A DNA stretch of 57,401 bases, the filler included, from Sphacelaria rigidula (taxonomy: Eukaryota): the NCBI GenBank assembly GCA_964200075.2. It is 5 parts of 5 records of this genome, joined end to end, with 100 filler letters (N's around TTAATTAATTAA, not from the genome) between each part and the next. Parts side by side here need not be neighbours in the genome. Positions count along the whole stretch, not along the records: positions 34,502 to 45,901 come from CAXNAA020004963.1; positions 46,002 to 57,401 come from CAXNAA020004964.1; 3 more parts are not named here. The stretch is one strand, 5' to 3'. Positions 36,184-47,983 of the stretch are shown in pieces. Positions within the stretch are counted from its first letter, which is position 1. Each line of letters starts with the position of its first letter. Made by a program: the position numbers and the translations under genes. Under the pieces are notes generated by a model. That model saw nothing but the letters and a program-made list of their open reading frames with translations. It made no database searches and was not told where the DNA came from.

Positions 36184-39100
36184 GTACAAGACAATTCCTA
36201 AAAACGCCTTCCAAGACGAGACTATTACGTCCAAAAATGTATATTTCAGAGACCGATCCCACTGAACTACTAAAAAAGAATCCAAAACGAGAACACTGTG
36301 GAGATGACAGGCATTCTGCACAACTTGGTAAAAATGATACAAAGCCTCTTTTTTTCTTCATGATTGCTGCAGCGTAGTCATATCTTGCCCCCCCTCCCTT
36401 GCCCCGGCTGTCTCCTCATCAACTCACCTCGAGGGCGAGAAATCGCTGCGGCTTCTCCTCGCGCAAACCCGCTCCAACCAGTGCAATGATATGTTTGTGG
36501 TTCACCCGCTTCAACACGTCCAATTCCACCTAGGAAAATACACACACATGCATGCGCGCGCAAGACGGAAAAACCCCAAAGCCTTCGTGAGGATTCAACA
36601 TTAGCTTCGTACGACCTTCACACACACACACACACACACACTGGAGTCATCGGGTTCGAGAGCAAAACCTTTCAGGGGTCGGACAAATATTGATTCGTCT
36701 GAAAATTACTTGGTTTTAGTATAATGAGTCGACTCGTNNNNNNNNNNATACCCCTTGGACCAGCGATCAACTTTTTCCTCCCTTTCGGGCAACCAGGCCG
36801 AAGAAATCGTGGATTCGGTGATTCGTAGTCGTGATGATGTGTCCTAACCGTGAAACCTTTCTTGCATCTTTATGTTTCCCTTTTCTCCAGCTTCATTCAG
36901 CGAGTGCTCACGTCTACCGAATGGTCCCATTACTTGCGACAAAAGAGTCTGCAGCGCAACGAGAACGAACCGCAGCAAAAAGCAGCACAAGTAACTTCAG
37001 TTCTCTGCAACCCTGACTGATCCTGCGGTGCCCCCGCCCCCCCCAAAAGAGAAAAAAGTGGCTGATTTGGGGAGGCAAAACAAACCTATTTTACATGTAA
37101 ATCAGAATGGAAGAAGCCGAGCACACCGAGCACCCGGGAACTCCCACGCTTTGGGATCATTTTCGCCAATGTCCACATGAGGCGCCTCATGCAGTCTGCA
37201 ACTAGCATTCATGCGCGGTACGGCCAATTTCTTCGTGACTGTTTTGGGGCTGGTTTGGGGAGGGAGCGGGATGTGTAGTAATGACTTGTCATATTCACCC
37301 GACCACTGACTTCGTATCCCTACAACACCGGGACGGAGCACGCCGACTTTTCACCGGACCAGGCTAGCAATCAACCACCAAGCGCGAAGCGCCGTGGTGT
37401 GTTCAGCGAGTCGCATGAAGGGTGAGCTGCATCATGTCAAGATTATTCTGCTCGAAGTGTACTGATCACCTCGCACTTGGATGACAGCCTCCCATGAATT
37501 GCTTCATTTTCTGGTACCACCACGTCCAGAGACAGCCGCGGCTTGCACGCTGCCTCATGGTGCCTAACCATTTGAACACTATGTAGTACAATAATCCCCT
37601 AATTGAGGTTCCCCCACTTCACGCAATATGATCTGGCTTGACCACCATCATGGTTACCGCGAAAAGAAAAACCAAACACGCGAAAAAAATCGGTCACCTG
37701 GTAGCCAACCGACGTCAACCCAATGTAGGAGGTAGTGGAGGCTGGTTTGGGGAGGAGGGGGGCTATCGCGGAGTATACTGTGTGCTCTGTTCGGGCATCT
37801 ATAAACTTCCCAAGGGTCGGACAAATAATGAGTCGTCTGTAAATTACTTGGTCTTCGTATGATCGATTCGAATCGTACGAATCAATCCCTATGCTTTGTT
37901 TTCAGCGTTGCAACCCAGGTACACGCAGCCTAGACACGTGGAACGGCGCAAAAATTGCGTGGATACCCCTTGGACCATCGGTCAACTTTTCCCCCCCTTT
38001 TGGGCAATCAGGCCGAAGAAATCGGGGATTTGGTGATTCGTAGTCGTAATGGTTCGTCCTAACCGTGAAACTTTCATAATTTCTTTCGTCGCACTAAACC
38101 CTTCCCCTTCCTGAAAACGAGTTCGTGGTCTCAAGGGATCAGCCCATCTCTCCCCGGCATCATTATATCGAACAATCCCTGGACACCATCAAATACGGCC
38201 TCATATCGGTACCCATTGGGTGGCGGTTTCGTACAAAAATCGATACGCACGGATTTTCACTCGATCGCGCTGAAAATTGGCGGGTGTGTAGTTGACGTCA
38301 AGGTAAATACGACGACACCTGCTTCGGCTCCCATCAGTAACTCGTCGCCATCCGAAAGGTGCGGCAAAACAAATACTGGAGCGGCATGTCTCAACCATGT
38401 ATGAGATTTTCACGCTCTCGGCGAATGTAATGAGGTTGAAATTTTCCCCTTCAAGTACAAGATATATTCTAAACCTTTGAGGAGCGGTTCAGGTTGACGA
38501 CCTTCAGTTTTCGAGGTTCTTGAAAATTATCGATATGCATGTCTCCTCATAATCTGAGGTCCCCACTGTCGAGGCTCAAGCGAAAACTCCACGCTCGCGT
38601 CTTTCTGAGTCCAACAGGAACAGCCATACCACGTCGACAGTACCACATCTCGCCCCCTTCTATGAACTTAAACTGCGTTGAGCCAGGCTAGTGCTACGGT
38701 GGGGCACAACTTGGGGAAGCCCTGGTACATTTCCTTTTACTTCATGCGCCACGATCAATCCGTCAATCAAGAAGTGGGACCAGCCCATATTGACCTTGGA
38801 GCATCAACATCTATTTTGTGACCACGACTGCATTTGTGGAGCATCAGTCAATGTTCACGTGCGATAAGCCACCAGTCAAATCGACCAGTCGACCTCGACG
38901 ACATACTTCATTTTCAATTATCGATGGCATGGCTATTGCTGCAATTCTTGTATCGTTGAGCCATCGAGGTTGACTTTCTGCATCTCTACAGGCTGGTTCA
39001 CGGAAAAGATCCAAAGAACATTTATCGGCAAAACTTCACGCAGTTCAAAGGAGTTAGACCCTCAAATGTTGCAAAAAAGTGTATGAGTCATCACCCAACT

Positions 39101-42100
39101 GTCGAAGGTCGAGGTTTTCATACTTTTTTTCAACGTATTTCATCGTTCTTCGGGGGTCCCAGCTTTTGCAGGGAAGCTTCGATCCAGTCGGACCCCGTAA
39201 GACAGTGATTTTTTTTCTCGAAAAACCTCGTTATCCAAAGTTGCGTAATCACCCATAGCACATTAGGGCAAAACTTCAGGGTCTAGCTCCTTAAAACGGC
39301 GTGAAGTTTTCGCGTTCGTGCGATAAACCTTGCTGTGCCACGGTGAAATCGCACACTACTAGATCCTAGTATGAAAATGGCGTTGTGGGGCAAAATATTT
39401 GACGTGAACATGGAGACATGTTCACGTCAAATATTTTGCCCAAAAATTCAAGCATCAGTCGATCGAGTTTGGCCGCAAAACTGGGTGGGGCTCTTTCATG
39501 GGATGTGCGGCGGCGGGGCGTTTGCGAAAAAATAAAAAAAAATATCGGAGTGCCGGATTCCGGGGTCCCAAAATGGAGATGGCCTCGAAAAACGACTTGG
39601 ATCCTAACTCCTAAAACTTGCGCGAAGGTGTGCGCGTTTGTGCGAGGATGTGAGCTTGAAACACAACATGGAGATGACGTTTTCATCGGCAACTTGGGGT
39701 CAAGATTTGTATCCACATACCAAATGTCATTGTCTCCGACAGTTACATCGCCGCACACATACCAAAGTTTGCCTCCACCTCTACACAGCGGCTCCACCCC
39801 CGGTATAACATTTCACCCACCCCCCTCCCCTCGGGAGGTCGCCAACATCTTCCTTCTTTGACATTTCTCGTTAAAACTTGCACCCCATGTCAGAAACACA
39901 CCAAAGCGACATGATTACAACCTTGCAAGGATGACCAACATCCCAGCCGGCGTATTTTTACCCCCACGGGCAAATTCCCTGAACGTACCCCCAAACTAGA
40001 ACCAGTTCCGGAGCACGTTTGAGCAGACCCAATGGTCCGACTAACACATTCTTGAAAGCACCCCCGGACAAGGGAGCCCACACACGGTTCAGGTTCACGC
40101 ACGGCACATAGTTTGACACGCACACGAAGGGCAACATAGCCCATACACACGGATAGCATCATAGCCCTCACACGCATGTAGAGACGAACCGCCATCAGCT
40201 AGTTGCAAAAGAGCAACAGCCGTTCACATCATCATATGTACGCTTAGCAGGCAGCCGACCCTGCTACTTTTGTACATGGTCAATACATACAGACAGTACC
40301 GTACCGCGGCATGGGAAAATACAGACAGGAAAGTACGATAGTCATGTAAGCTGCGACAGTACAGTACTGTAGATTTTGAATTTTGTATTCACTGTCGAGT
40401 GTGTTGTACTGACCCTGGGCACTACTAACTGTACCGTCTACATAGATGTTGCGCTGGTGCCGTGGTGAGGGCGTTCAAGACTGCTGCTGTTCCTCGCTGT
40501 CGTGTTTCCGCCGCCCTCGACGGTCTCACACACTCTTGATGTAGGGGGGTTGGCATCAAGGCACACATCCTGGAACTTCGTGTAGTATGGACTTGTATCT
40601 CGTGTCGTATGGACTTGCATCTTCTCCTCAAGAAAGACGCGTCCCTATATCACCCCTCACCACGCCAAAACGTTTTATGTGTATATGTGGTTCAACCGGG
40701 CAGGTGACCGCCCCTCCCCGCCCCCACCAGCAAAATTAATGGATGAAGGATAGAAAAAACGGCGAACACACTCTGGCTTCGTACAAGTGGTAGGTACAAC
40801 ACAAGGAGCAGCCCAAAATATCCAGCATCAAATTATTCTTCATTTATGACGAGCACTCTACAGCGAGCGTTGCAGCATCAGCTGTTGTGTTCTTGTGTGG
40901 TTTATGCGCGCGCGACTTTCTACATGAGAGTCAAGATATTGGTTGTCATATTTGTGGACACATTGACCTACTCAGAACGACACAGGGACGACTACGAGTG
41001 GATGGGTTGAAACATGAGTGCTGACATGGATGGGAGTCCACTCGATTTTTGTTTCGCTGGCTCATCATGCTGGTATAGTACAGTACAATAATGATGACTT
41101 TTGTTCCTTTTCTTGAGATACAAGGAAGAGCACATACTATAGTAGTCAGCATCACAATTTTTCAGAATTCCTGGTTGTTCTATTTTACTAGTTTTTCTGG
41201 AGTACCGTTCTTCACTACTACTTGAAAGTGCTAGCGCCGGTAGATTTAGGGAGAAAGCGTAGGCCGCACTCAAACTGCAGTGCTCAAGTCGGTGTTTTTG
41301 GGGCAATACGGACTTGATACCCCGTTTACCAGGAGGGTGTTGTTGGCCGTTTTTGGTCCAATATAAGCAGTTTCCCGCTTTTCGGCGACGAGACGGTAAA
41401 TATTAAGATAATTTAATACGTACACATTTTTTTTCACAATAACGATCGAGATCGTGTTTCCCTCCTATTCTGCACAGACCTCAGTCTAGCATTTTCTGCG
41501 GATGGCCTATTTTCGGGGTTTTTTTCGCGTAACATTTTTCTTTCAATACTTGTCAAAGGTATAAAATATCTTAGGATGCCCATTTTTTGGTTTCCAACAG
41601 TCACTGTGATGAGTGGTGGCAAGCAAAACAAACTTGGAAAATCTTTGAGAAACTAAGAAATTACGGATTCTGCATACTTCTAACGCTGACTACTGTTTTG
41701 TACTGCTATACGAACATGTGTCTTGATGTCGACCCCCCGACACATCAATCAGGTGTATGCGGAGACCGGCGAGGGCGGCGGAAACACGACAGCGAGGAAC
41801 AGCAGCAGTCTTGAACGCCCTCACCACGGCACCAGCACAACGTCGATGTAGACGGTACAGTTAGTAGTGCCCAGGGTCAGTACAACACACGCTACGGTGA
41901 AAACAATACTCAGTATGTACAGTACGATTGCACCGTGCGTGACTACTCTCCTGTATACCGTACTGTTTGTATTTTTTGACCATGTACCAAAGTAGCAGGG
42001 TCGGCTGCCTGCTAAGCGTATATGCGATGATGTGAACGGCTGCTGCTCTTTTGCCACTAGCTGATGGCGGTTCGTCTCTACATGTGTGTGTGGGCTATGG

Positions 42101-43067
42101 TGCTCTTCGTGTGCGTGTCGTACTATGTGCCGTGTGTGAACCGTGTGTGGGCTCCCTTGTCCGGGGGTGCTTTCAAGAATGTGTTGGTCGGACCGGCGGG
42201 TCTGCTCAAACGTGCTCCGGAACTGGTTCTAGTTTGGGGGTATATTCAGGGAATCTGCCCGTGGGCGTAGAAATACGCCGGCCGCCAACATCCAGGGGGA
42301 GGGCGGGGTATTAGGTAGCCATCCTGCTTCACGATGGATTTTTTCAACAATCGTCGTTTGGTCGTGACTTGATTCAACTGAATCTACCCCTGAAAGAATT
42401 TGATGTCTCCCTACACCCTTGCTCCCACTCCTCTTCCAACCATACATCATTCGTAGACAGATTTCGATGGGCCATGATCGTACAGCGTCATTCTAGAAGA
42501 GCAGTTATCGATTCGGCCCAAACATTTCACGATTAGGACAAATCATCACGACTCAAAATCACCAAATTCACAATTTCTTCGGCCTGATGACCCAAAAGGG
42601 AGAAAAAAGTTAATCGCTGGTCCAAGGGGTACTCACACAGCTTTTGCGGCATTCCACGTGTCTGGACTGCTTGTACCTGGGTTGCAACGCTGAAATAAAG
42701 CCCAGAGATGGATTCGTCACGAGTCGGCTCATCACGCTAAAACCAAGTAATTTCCAGACGAATCACCATTTGTCCGACCCTTGAAACATTTGCACACCCT
42801 GGACATCGCCAACGGATTGCATTGACAAAATGAGTACTGCGTACAGTACTGTATTGAATCTATCGTTTGCTGCACTAGGCGATAGATTCGCTACAGCGCG
42901 TCTTGAACTTTTTGCGAATTCAAAACACCTACATATTTCGCATCCCTCTTTTCATCGCATCTCCCTTCGGGTATCAATGGATGTGCTTCTTGCGCCAGGT
43001 CCTCAATCAATCCTAGTTTTCTCCATGCCTACACTACGTTTGTGTTGTAGTGTGTCGCAGTGTGTCG

Positions 43068-43128
<61 letters not shown>

Positions 43129-43774
43129 CAGTCTACGCAAGGTCCCCTCGGTTTGCTTCACCTTCGCATTTTCTTCGATTTAATTTGGCAAGTATATCCT
43201 CCCTCCTTCTTTACCTTGGGTACGTCTATTCTGTGAATAATGACCACGGCGGGGTCCCTCCGAAAAACCAGCCCACGTGCGATACCCAACCAAATGTCGT
43301 TCGTAGAATATAGTTCATCTTTCCACTTCTCGTGCAACATATGGACCGTTCCGAGTAGACAATTTCATTGCCCGAGACAGCCAGCGATCTAAAACATTCA
43401 ACCATCCAACATAAAACATGCGTGCCTTTACGGGCATCCACTTTTCTCGTCGCACGTCACGTCATCCACACATTGAAAAATCACCCTAGCACATGCTCTC
43501 GCCAATACTTGAAAGCTGCTCGAAATATCATGTATCACTTACCGCCATCCCTTGTCTCTCGCTTACCGCTCTCCCCCGCCTCTCACCTCAAGATCGTGCT
43601 CCGCCACCGCCGGCTCCTCGCAGTCCTTTCTGGGCACCTTGACTGCCACCTTCACGCCATCCAGCTCAGCAGAGTAAATCTCACACATTGCACCCGCCGT
43701 CATGTAATTCAAGTGGACAAGGTCAGACCACTCCAAAACTCGGTAGCCAGGTTCCCGTGGCCGCGCTGTACCTC
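34662..43774 (-). CDS. Protein kinase (TKL-like), N-lobe exons, partial
   Basis: Exons 43774-43587 (LEWSDLVHLNYMTAGAMCEIYSAELDGVKVAVKVPRKD..AEHDLE; subdomains I-III), 36529-36428 (VELDVLKRVNHKHIIALVGAG..RFLALE; IV-V) and 34784-34662 (FLELGTLADKL..) are GT-AG and in phase. A possible upstream exon lies at ~44590-44347. Confidence 0.88.
36149..36183. repeat. (CAA)n microsatellite
   Basis: Directly visible. Confidence 0.95.
38616..38735 (+). pseudogene. Degenerate 5S rRNA copy
   Basis: AGGAACAGCCATACCACG..ACCACATC..TGAACTTAAAC.GCGT.GAGCCAGGCTAGTGCTACGGTGGGG..GGGAAGCCCTGGT..TTCCTTTT spans ~120 nt and is colinear with brown-algal 5S rRNA as I recall it. It has many substitutions and a T-run after the end. 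Confidence 0.8.
38990..39725 (-). mobile_element. Fragment related to the mariner-type element at 30386-31895
   Basis: Reverse-complement matches include AAAACTTCAGGGTCTA.CTCC.TA.AACGGCGTGA (39270) vs 31577-31614, and GCGCGTTTGTG.GAGGA.GTGAGCTTGAAAC (39632) vs 31147-31178. Confidence 0.65.
39944..42284. mobile_element. Mutator-like (MULE/foldback) non-autonomous element with ~600-bp TIRs and 9-bp TSD
   Basis: Arms 39944-~40568 and ~41716-42284 are inverted copies. Exact TSD CCAACATCC at 39935-39943 and 42285-42293. Confidence 0.88.
41140..41696. mobile_element. Mariner-type MITE nested in the MULE; another right end at 34502-34571
   Basis: TIR (T/C)AGTAGTCAGC / GCTGACTACTG. GAGAAACTAAGAAATTACGGATTCTGCATACTTCT.ACGCTGACTACTG is shared with the start of piece 4, where TA follows. 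Confidence 0.7.
43070..43127. repeat. (TG)n microsatellite
   Basis: Directly visible. Confidence 0.97.
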
Positions 43775-44856
43775 CTGGAGAAAGGGGGGGCGATGCGTAG
43801 GTCAAAGAGGGGGGGGGGGGGGGGGGGGGGGAAAAAAAAAGGGGAGTTTTGTTGGGGGGGGGGGGGGTTTTTTTTTTTTNNNNNNNNNTGTGGGGGGTAG
43901 GGGGGGGGGGGGGGGGGGGGGGGGGGGAGGAATTGAAACAGAAGGGAATTTTGTTGTGAAGGGGGGGCTTATGTGTTGCTTGCTCTAGTTGTTTGGCCAT
44001 TGACCACGCATCCCTCTCGAGTCGGAGCCCCGTTCCTTCTTCGTGAGGGATGGATTGTCACACTATTGGTTGATGGGGGCTATTCAGTGCTTTCACACCT
44101 CAAAGCGCAAGGCAACCTGTCGTAGTAAAGATAGATGGCTCTATTGCATTTGAGAGTGAGGAGTCGTGAAGGTGACGAAGAGGTCATGTGTTATTTAATG
44201 CTCTCTCGTGTGGTTGGATTGGCAATTCCTCGCACATGACGTGATTCATGTACGCCTGGTCGGAGATATTTTGGGGCAGACCACGACGCGCCCGATACAG
44301 TTTTTGAATCATACCAGTCGGTAATACTACGGAGAGGCTACTCTACCGACTACACATCCCCGCGGTAATCGATAGTCAAGGTTATCATTCCTGTGGGATG
44401 TGGATGTTGAGCCAACACCAGCAGGTTCAAAGAAGTGGGCCACCATCTCATCGTATTTGAGGAGGTGATGCTGCCCATAGCCGCCACCGTTTTGCGGACG
44501 AAGACGACAGCCACCTCCACTATCGTCGCTGTCTCCCCCCTTCTCCCCTCCCCTCCGCCGAAAACCAGGCGTGCTCCATCCCGGCTTCATAGGGATGAAA
44601 GGTCAATGGTTCTATGACTCCATATGACTATGGCATGCAAGATTATGAGTACACCCCCCTCGCCCCCCCCCACCGTCCCCGTCTCCCACAGTGTTTCATG
44701 ACAACGGCATGGAAGGTGATGACTACACTTCTATTTCGCGTGAAAACGCTGGGAAAGGAGAGCAGGGGTGACGAAAAGCCACATATCTATTTCAAAGGAG
44801 ACTGTTGAGAAGCTCTTTGTGGAGAGAGCAGCAGATTTTTCCGGACTGGCATCACC

Positions 44857-45055
44857 CTGGGGTGTACACGTCACACGTGCCCCACCGTTACGCGTTACAT
44901 TTTGGCCGAAACGTGACGTGAACGTTAATATTTTTCACGTGATGAATGTAGTATGAAATCAACGTTAAATTTCGAAATGATACGTTAACATAACGTCAAC
45001 ATTTCTCAACGTGCCAAACGAATCGTACCGCGAACGTGTAACGTGTAGACCCCTG
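44857..45055. mobile_element. Small MITE rich in ACGT motifs
   Basis: TIR CTGGGGTGTACACGTCACACGT / ACGTGTAACGTGTAGACCCCTG. No clear TSD. Confidence 0.6.
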
Positions 45056-45901
45056 CAATTATCCGCGAAGCCGCGTGGTCCGGCGAAAATCAGCGCTGAA
45101 TGACCACAGGAGGAATTTCTCGGAAGGTATTTGTTTTCTTATTGCCCAGGGAGCAGCCTCAGGCTGTGTCTTAGCGAGACAGAAAAATATGTGGGAAAAG
45201 GAACAACCGTCGAAAAGCAGCGGTCGCCGCAACCAAAGATCCGGCCGGCGATCAATCAACATGCTGCATTTGAACGGTTTTTCCTTTTCTCGCCTCTTTT
45301 TGTGTCTCGCGAAGATACGGCCTCGGCGAGTTGATTTTAGCGATGCTCGACAGTTGACAGTACATGTTGCTCGTGAGAAAAGGGCGGTAATACCACGGGG
45401 CAAGAGTGTCGAGAGTACACTGTTGTGTGTGTGGTGTCAGTTGGTGGCTGGTGCAGCACAGGTCAGTAGTACCGACAGTGCTTGTACAACTACATCACCT
45501 CTCAGTCGATTGACCCGTGACTCGACAAGGGCCGCATATTTCACAGCCAGTTCCGACAGTGCTTTTACAACAAATGCGATGACACCAACAAAGAGTGACA
45601 CACAGCCCTCCCCTTTAACGCGCGACTGCACAGGCGCTCAATAGCCGATGCACACAAGGCGCGCCATGCTTCCACCACGGCAGTCATGACCACGCGCGGA
45701 ACAACTAAAAAAACCATGGCGTGAAAAAAGGTAGAGGGCGGGAAGCGGTGGGGGGGTGCTTGCGGGGTAAGACATACGGCGAAGATATCCACGAGTGGCG
45801 GGTGTAGGGGGGTGGAAGGGGGGGGGGGGGGGGGGGGCGAGCATTTTTTTGTTTGAGCTGTTTGGGGTGAGCCTCGCTCCGGTCTTCCGTGCGCGGCGGG
45901 G

Positions 45902-46001
45902 NNNNNNNNNNNNNNNNNNNNNNNNNNNNNNNNNNNNNNNNNNNNTTAATTAATTAANNNNNNNNNNNNNNNNNNNNNNNNNNNNNNNNNNNNNNNNNNN
46001 N
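45902..46001. other. Artificial 100-nt spacer
   Basis: Same as 11402-11501. Confidence 0.98.
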
Positions 46002-47671
46002 GTACTGTTTTGAGCTCGAACCTCATTTCATTGATGAACCTCATTTTATAGAATCCTCTGTTAAAAGTCATTTGCGTGAGTCAAGTCGTTTTGGATTCGC
46101 CCTCGCTACACGTCACAACATGTCGTCACAACACGTGCACCTTCCCATCGGTCTACATTTTGACTTATCACATCTACTCGACAAGCGGTATCTTCACTTT
46201 CCCTCATGGGGGAAACTATCGTCACTTCACTTCATGGGGCAGACAACTTTTCGCCACGACACTCCGAGGGCATTGTGGCTTCTCCACATAGGCAAACTTC
46301 GGGCAACTAGTGCGTTTGCTCGGCAGCAGTAGACATAGTGATTGTATAAGGTACTATTTGCCGTAGTCATCAGACCATTGTTTTCCGGGGGGGGGGGGGG
46401 GGTTCTCCCCCACTTACTCTTGCTTGCACTTCATCATCACTACAACTTTTGCTTTTCCGCTACAACACTGTTGCACCGATGTCTTCTATCCCATTGTTCC
46501 TCGTTTTGCTACAGCACTTCTATAATAGTAGCGTCTTCAATGCTGCACATGAACAATCAGATGAGCCCGCAGTAATACTGCGCCCCTCCCCTTCGTCCCC
46601 GCCGCTTTTACCGTTCGATTATGCTCGCCCCGAACGCACCAGTGCAATGTGGGGACTCATTCATGATTTTCGTTACCGCATCACACCATGTCAGTGATCT
46701 GGGGCTTCTCCCCTATGTCTGTTTTCTCTGTGCCTGTTTTCCTCTTCCGCTTCCGTCTTCGGTTTTTTCCTCACATCATCATTAGTCGCCTCTTCCGCTA
46801 CTATACTGTTCATGTGTGCGGCCTTTTCTATACGGTTTCTTCTCGTCCGCTTGCCCTCCTTAATAGTTTTTTCTAATAGTCATCACTTTCCTACGCTGCT
46901 ACTATTCTATTTTGTGCGACTTTCTCCACACGGTTTTTCCCTCTCCTGCTGGTATTTTCTCGCTGCTAATTTGTTTCTCTTTCGGTACTTCACTGTTTTA
47001 TACTAGTGATCCCTTTTCCTCATCGTCTGTACTTAGCAGTCGTAGCCCACGATGTATTATTTGCGTCAATTTCTCCTTCCACTGACCCACATAGTGGTAC
47101 TGTTTTCCCTTTTGTTCCACTGTCTTCCGTATGGCACCCCTTGATTTTCTGCCGTTTTTCTCCTTTGCATTTTCTCATTTGTTTAGTTATATTCTCTCTA
47201 TTCCACGTGGTAATTTCACTCTACAGTCATCTTCGCTATTTAAATTGCTACCTTCATGCTTCAAGCGTATAGCTCATCCATCCATGGTGTTATTTTGGCG
47301 AATATTTTGCGAGCGCCATTGCCTGGTGCACGAACGTACACCCCAGGTACATCCGTCTTCAGAAACCTGCAGTGGAAAACTTTAGGGGCGACCGCTAAGC
47401 GCAACGCAAGTCAACTTGGGGGAACGGAGGAGATCGGGCATCGACAGCGGCTCCACCGATCGCGGTCAATGGAGGTTTTGCTCGACATCGGAGAAGGTGG
47501 TGTAACTCTATGTCGGTAATGTTGTAGCGTAAGGTCAACATGTGAGACGGTACTCGTTTAACCTTGGCGCGGCAGGCGTTTTTGCGCTACCATCCCTGCT
47601 CAGAGTAAGGTTCCCCCGATGCGTGTAGTTAGATCCGTAATCGCACCCCTGCCTCTGACCTCCCGACTCAC

Positions 47672-47983
47672 GAGTCATCTTACGATAGGGGTGTACTCAT
47701 GATCATGCATGCCATAGTCATACGACCATTGACCTCGCATCCTACGATAGGGGGGGGTATTTGATTGCTCGAAACAAGAGGCTCGAAATCGTGTCAGACG
47801 ACCTGCCACACTCGCCGTGTGCTTGTATTTGGTTCAAAACGGTGTCAATCGGCATGACTGAGCAGTATTCATCTTTGACAAGCTCGTTAGAGCAACCGTT
47901 GCTCCTTTCAACGACGATTTGACTTGGAATTTCGTGCAAGAAGTGTCACAAAATACCCCCCCCCCCGTATCGTAGGATGACTC
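47672..47983. mobile_element. MITE-like element with G-run inverted ends; a right end of the same family opens piece 2 (11502-11563)
   Basis: CATCCTACGATAG(G)nTATTT (47738) pairs with AAATA(C)nGTATCGTAGGATGACTC (47951-47983). A second left end GAGTCATCTTACGATAGGGGG lies at 47672. Confidence 0.65.

Larger units (their letters stand above)
36673..42783. mobile_element. hAT-type non-autonomous element with long inverted ends, expanded by nested insertions
   Basis: Ends are CAGGGGTCGGACAAA / TTTGTCCGACCCTTG. Flanks AAACCTTT (36665-36672) and AAACATTT (42784-42791) form an 8-bp TSD with one mismatch. A second left-end copy lies at ~37811-38072, and inverted similarity extends ~250 bp. Confidence 0.65.

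Noticed and set aside
42580..42610. CTGATGA-CCCAAAAGGG-AGAAA as a hammerhead ribozyme core
   Set aside because: Sister copies read CTGATTG and CTGGTTG, and no stems I/III or cleavage triplet could be placed.
43806..43930. G-rich tracts as functional G-quadruplexes or poly-Gly/Pro ORFs (also 57330-57401)
   Set aside because: These are homopolymer runs, next to Ns at 43880-43888, just upstream of splice acceptors; their lengths and bases are likely low-quality sequence.
45437..45631. Hydrophobic minus-strand ORF (FVGVIAFVVKALSELAVKY) as a membrane protein exon
   Set aside because: It is short, has no clear splice context and belongs to no recognisable family.
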